In this document: in pieces, positions 61,451 to 64,000 of the stretch | How the letters are laid out: every line of letters begins with the position of its first letter | Position numbering within the stretch: position 1 is the first letter of the stretch | Source of the DNA: Saccostrea echinata | Lineage: Eukaryota | Reading direction: 5' to 3' | NCBI RefSeq assembly: GCF_033153115.1 | Contig: NW_026889758.1 | Span: 4,216,001-4,280,000, forward strand | Length of the DNA stretch: 64,000 bases | The notes under the pieces: generated by a model | What the model was told of the DNA's origin: nothing | What the model saw: the letters and a program-made list of their open reading frames with translations, nothing else | Databases searched by the model: none | Made by a program: the position numbers and the translations under genes

Positions 61451-62773
61451 CAAGTTCATGTCCAAAATTAGTGGCAAAATAGCAATATACATGTACATTA
61501 TATACTTATAGAATATAGATATTGTGAAATGCAGTCTGAACAAAGAAATTAATCCTGATAATCCCAGCAAAAACTTGATAGAATTTGCTGAAACTGGAAA
61601 CAACCAGCTTTGATACATTTTTTTATTAAAAAAAATAATGATGTCGCAAATTAATATGCAAAAATTATGCAGCTTACCTCATTACCTTCATTGTTATTGT
61701 AAAGCTCTTTGTCTTGTTTTCGTTCACTTGCGAATATTTAATTAAGAAAAAAACTCGAGTAAAATCTAGATTCTCTACTTTAAATAAATTTGCAAACGTC
61801 AGTAGTAAATAAAATTTATTGTCATTGTTAGAAAAAGTAGCAAAAGACTCAATGGAAGTCTCGAAACCGGCACACTAAGAGGTTTAGAGTTTAACTCATT
61901 TTAGCCTTAAAAAGGGAATTATTTTAACTCATATCAGAGTTAAGCTTACTGTTTATTGATTTCTATTTATAATTAATAAATCATAAATATTTCAGGAAAT
62001 GCCCAGAGCGGAGGCGAATTTGCAATCGGATATCTTATTCGAAACAAAGCTATGGTTTTACAAAACGTAAACTCTATGTTAAATAAAATATATTAAATTA
62101 GCGACCATGGTTGAGTCGTTCCTGTGGACATGATCTGCACGAAACAATGGGGGAAGATTCAGAGCATATTTTCAGCTTCAAGGCATACAAATATCACTCC
62201 ATCCGTTGCACAAGTAAAATGGTAACTTACCATGAGAAAAAGTAACATGTAGTTAAAACATAATCAAAACATTTGTCAAATATTTATATATGTATGTTGT
62301 ACATAATGCTTGAAACGAAGGTCTATCATACTGTCCAAAAAAATAAAAATAAAAAAATATATCACGTTTTATACATGATGATAAACATAATTTAATCATA
62401 TGCTATTTGTTAAATGTGTTATAATATTACCTTTCAAATTGTCAAAAAACTGCTTCTTCTCAGAAAATAGATTTCAATTTTGTTTGCATGTTAATTAAAA
62501 GAAACTGATGTAAATTTACTGCTACCAAAATTCTACTTAAAATTTAAATTATGACAGGCTTGTAGTCTTATGATATCTAAGCTAACAACCAAAATTTTCA
62601 AAAACATTGTCATAAACATTTCATAAACAAAAAACCGGTTTCTACAGAAATTTAATTACAGTTTATTCATCCACTGCTATCAGATACATTGAATGTAACA
62701 TTCCAAAAATACTATCACAATTAGTGCTCATGAACTCAAGCGTTATGTTGACGGTCCATTCAATAGAAAATAT

Positions 62774-63265
62774 TCAAAATAAATCTTCTTCTCGATCAAG
62801 GTCCAGCGTAGTAGTTAAAAAATTGTCCAATTTTCTTTTCAAAGAATGTCTTCGTCTTTGAACATCGTCTTCTAAGCCTTCACGCATGGTTTGAGGCATG
62901 ACCATTTTTTCTGGATTGCAAAGAGCACCGCGTCGAAGAAAAAATCGCGCAATGTTCACTTTCTCTTCATAAACAGCCTCATCACGTGAACTGAAACATA
63001 TTTTCTGATCCCCAACAGATCGTCTTCTTTTTGTTACATGAAATGAAGCAATATTTTGTTTTTCATTCTGTTCTTTGTGACTTTTTGCTTCAGAACTCGT
63101 AGTCGTGGTGGCGCTTATTTCGACACTCGAGTCCTCTGACAAGGTCTTCACCAAATCACCCTCACACACGGAACACAGAATTTTTCTTTTCGAACAAGAA
63201 TCACGTAAGCTCGTTTTGTCTCCATTCCCTGAAGTGACATTTTCCGAATCGTCTTTATTTTCCAT
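62774..63265 (-). CDS. Uncharacterised 163-aa single-coding-exon protein with basophilic kinase-site-like motifs
   Basis: ATG-initiated hydrophilic ORF. Acceptor ttttatatag| about 17 nt upstream of the ATG; AATAAA about 105 nt after the stop. Motifs RRRS, RRGAL, RRRHS. No recognised family. Confidence 0.7.
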   Translation of the reverse strand: MENKDDSENVTSGNGDKTSLRDSCSKRKILCSVCEGDLVKTLSEDSSVEISATTTTSSEAKSHKEQNEKQNIASFHVTKRRRSVGDQKICFSSRDEAVYEEKVNIARFFLRRGALCNPEKMVMPQTMREGLEDDVQRRRHSLKRKLDNFLTTTLDLDREEDLF

Positions 63266-64000
63266 GTACCCCTAGTTCAGAACTATATAAAACAAGAAAT
63301 GCGATATTTTCCCCGTCAAATGTCCGTTTACACGCAACACGCTGTTGTTATCAGGAGTCAAATCAATAATACATGAGAAATTTAAACTATATAAAAACGG
63401 ATTACCCCTCAAAGACCAACGTCACTGATTTTAGCCACCAAATTGTCTAAATGGGACCACTTCAACTCGGAACAAACTGTTACATATAAGCAGCATTGAT
63501 TAACTAATGTATAAAATATCTTAGCTTATTATCCCCTTAGGTGAGCTGAAAAAATCGATTGCTTCTATCACGATGGAAATGCTGACTTCAAACCCAGAAT
63601 AAGGGGCCCATAGGTTACACCACTCACCTGTGTCACAATCTCTTCGTGACTGAGGAATATGAAGATAAATGAATCCCATTAGTATAATAACCATTAAAGT
63701 CACATATGGCGTATTTTTTATACGTTCATACTAACTAAAATTAGAAAGATCTTTCTATTTGTTTTATTACTTTATATAAAGATATGACTTTCCTGTAAAT
63801 TACACAGTTTAAATCAATCACGTTTCAAAGATATTAGAATTTTAAAACAATCACCTATTTATTTACCGACTCCGCATTTAATTAACAGACAGGTAAAAAT
63901 CAGTCTAACTATGGAACCATGAGGTTATTCAAGTTCAAAATCGGTGAAACGTAAATAACATACATCGTGTTTATCTACACTCAATCTCGCATTTTTATTT

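Overview
AT-rich eukaryotic genomic DNA with spliced genes. The repeat families suggest a bivalve mollusc, probably an oyster (inference). Genes: (1) exons 1-4 of metaxin-1 on the minus strand, running off the left edge and missed by the ORF track; (2) head-to-head with it, a complete GON-4-like (GON4L) gene on the plus strand, 28 coding exons, ~2461 aa, with PAH domains and a C-terminal SANT/Myb domain; (3) an intronless FMRFamide-receptor-like class A GPCR nested antisense in a GON4L intron; (4) a convergent 4-exon signal-peptide cyclophilin (PPIB-like); (5) a small orphan gene near the right end. The 42-60 kb region is dense in transposable elements: a young 5'-truncated CR1-group LINE with a 15-bp TSD, a decayed relative, several Penelope-like RT fragments, Helentron-type elements, MITEs and a tRNA-derived SINE head. 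The most striking unexplained pattern is three unrelated minisatellites (55, 54 and 41 bp), in two genes on opposite strands, each made of the exon 3' end plus its 5' splice site and reiterated into the intron. This creates arrays of duplicated donors. The 54-bp array is in frame and could tune GON4L length in 18-aa steps.
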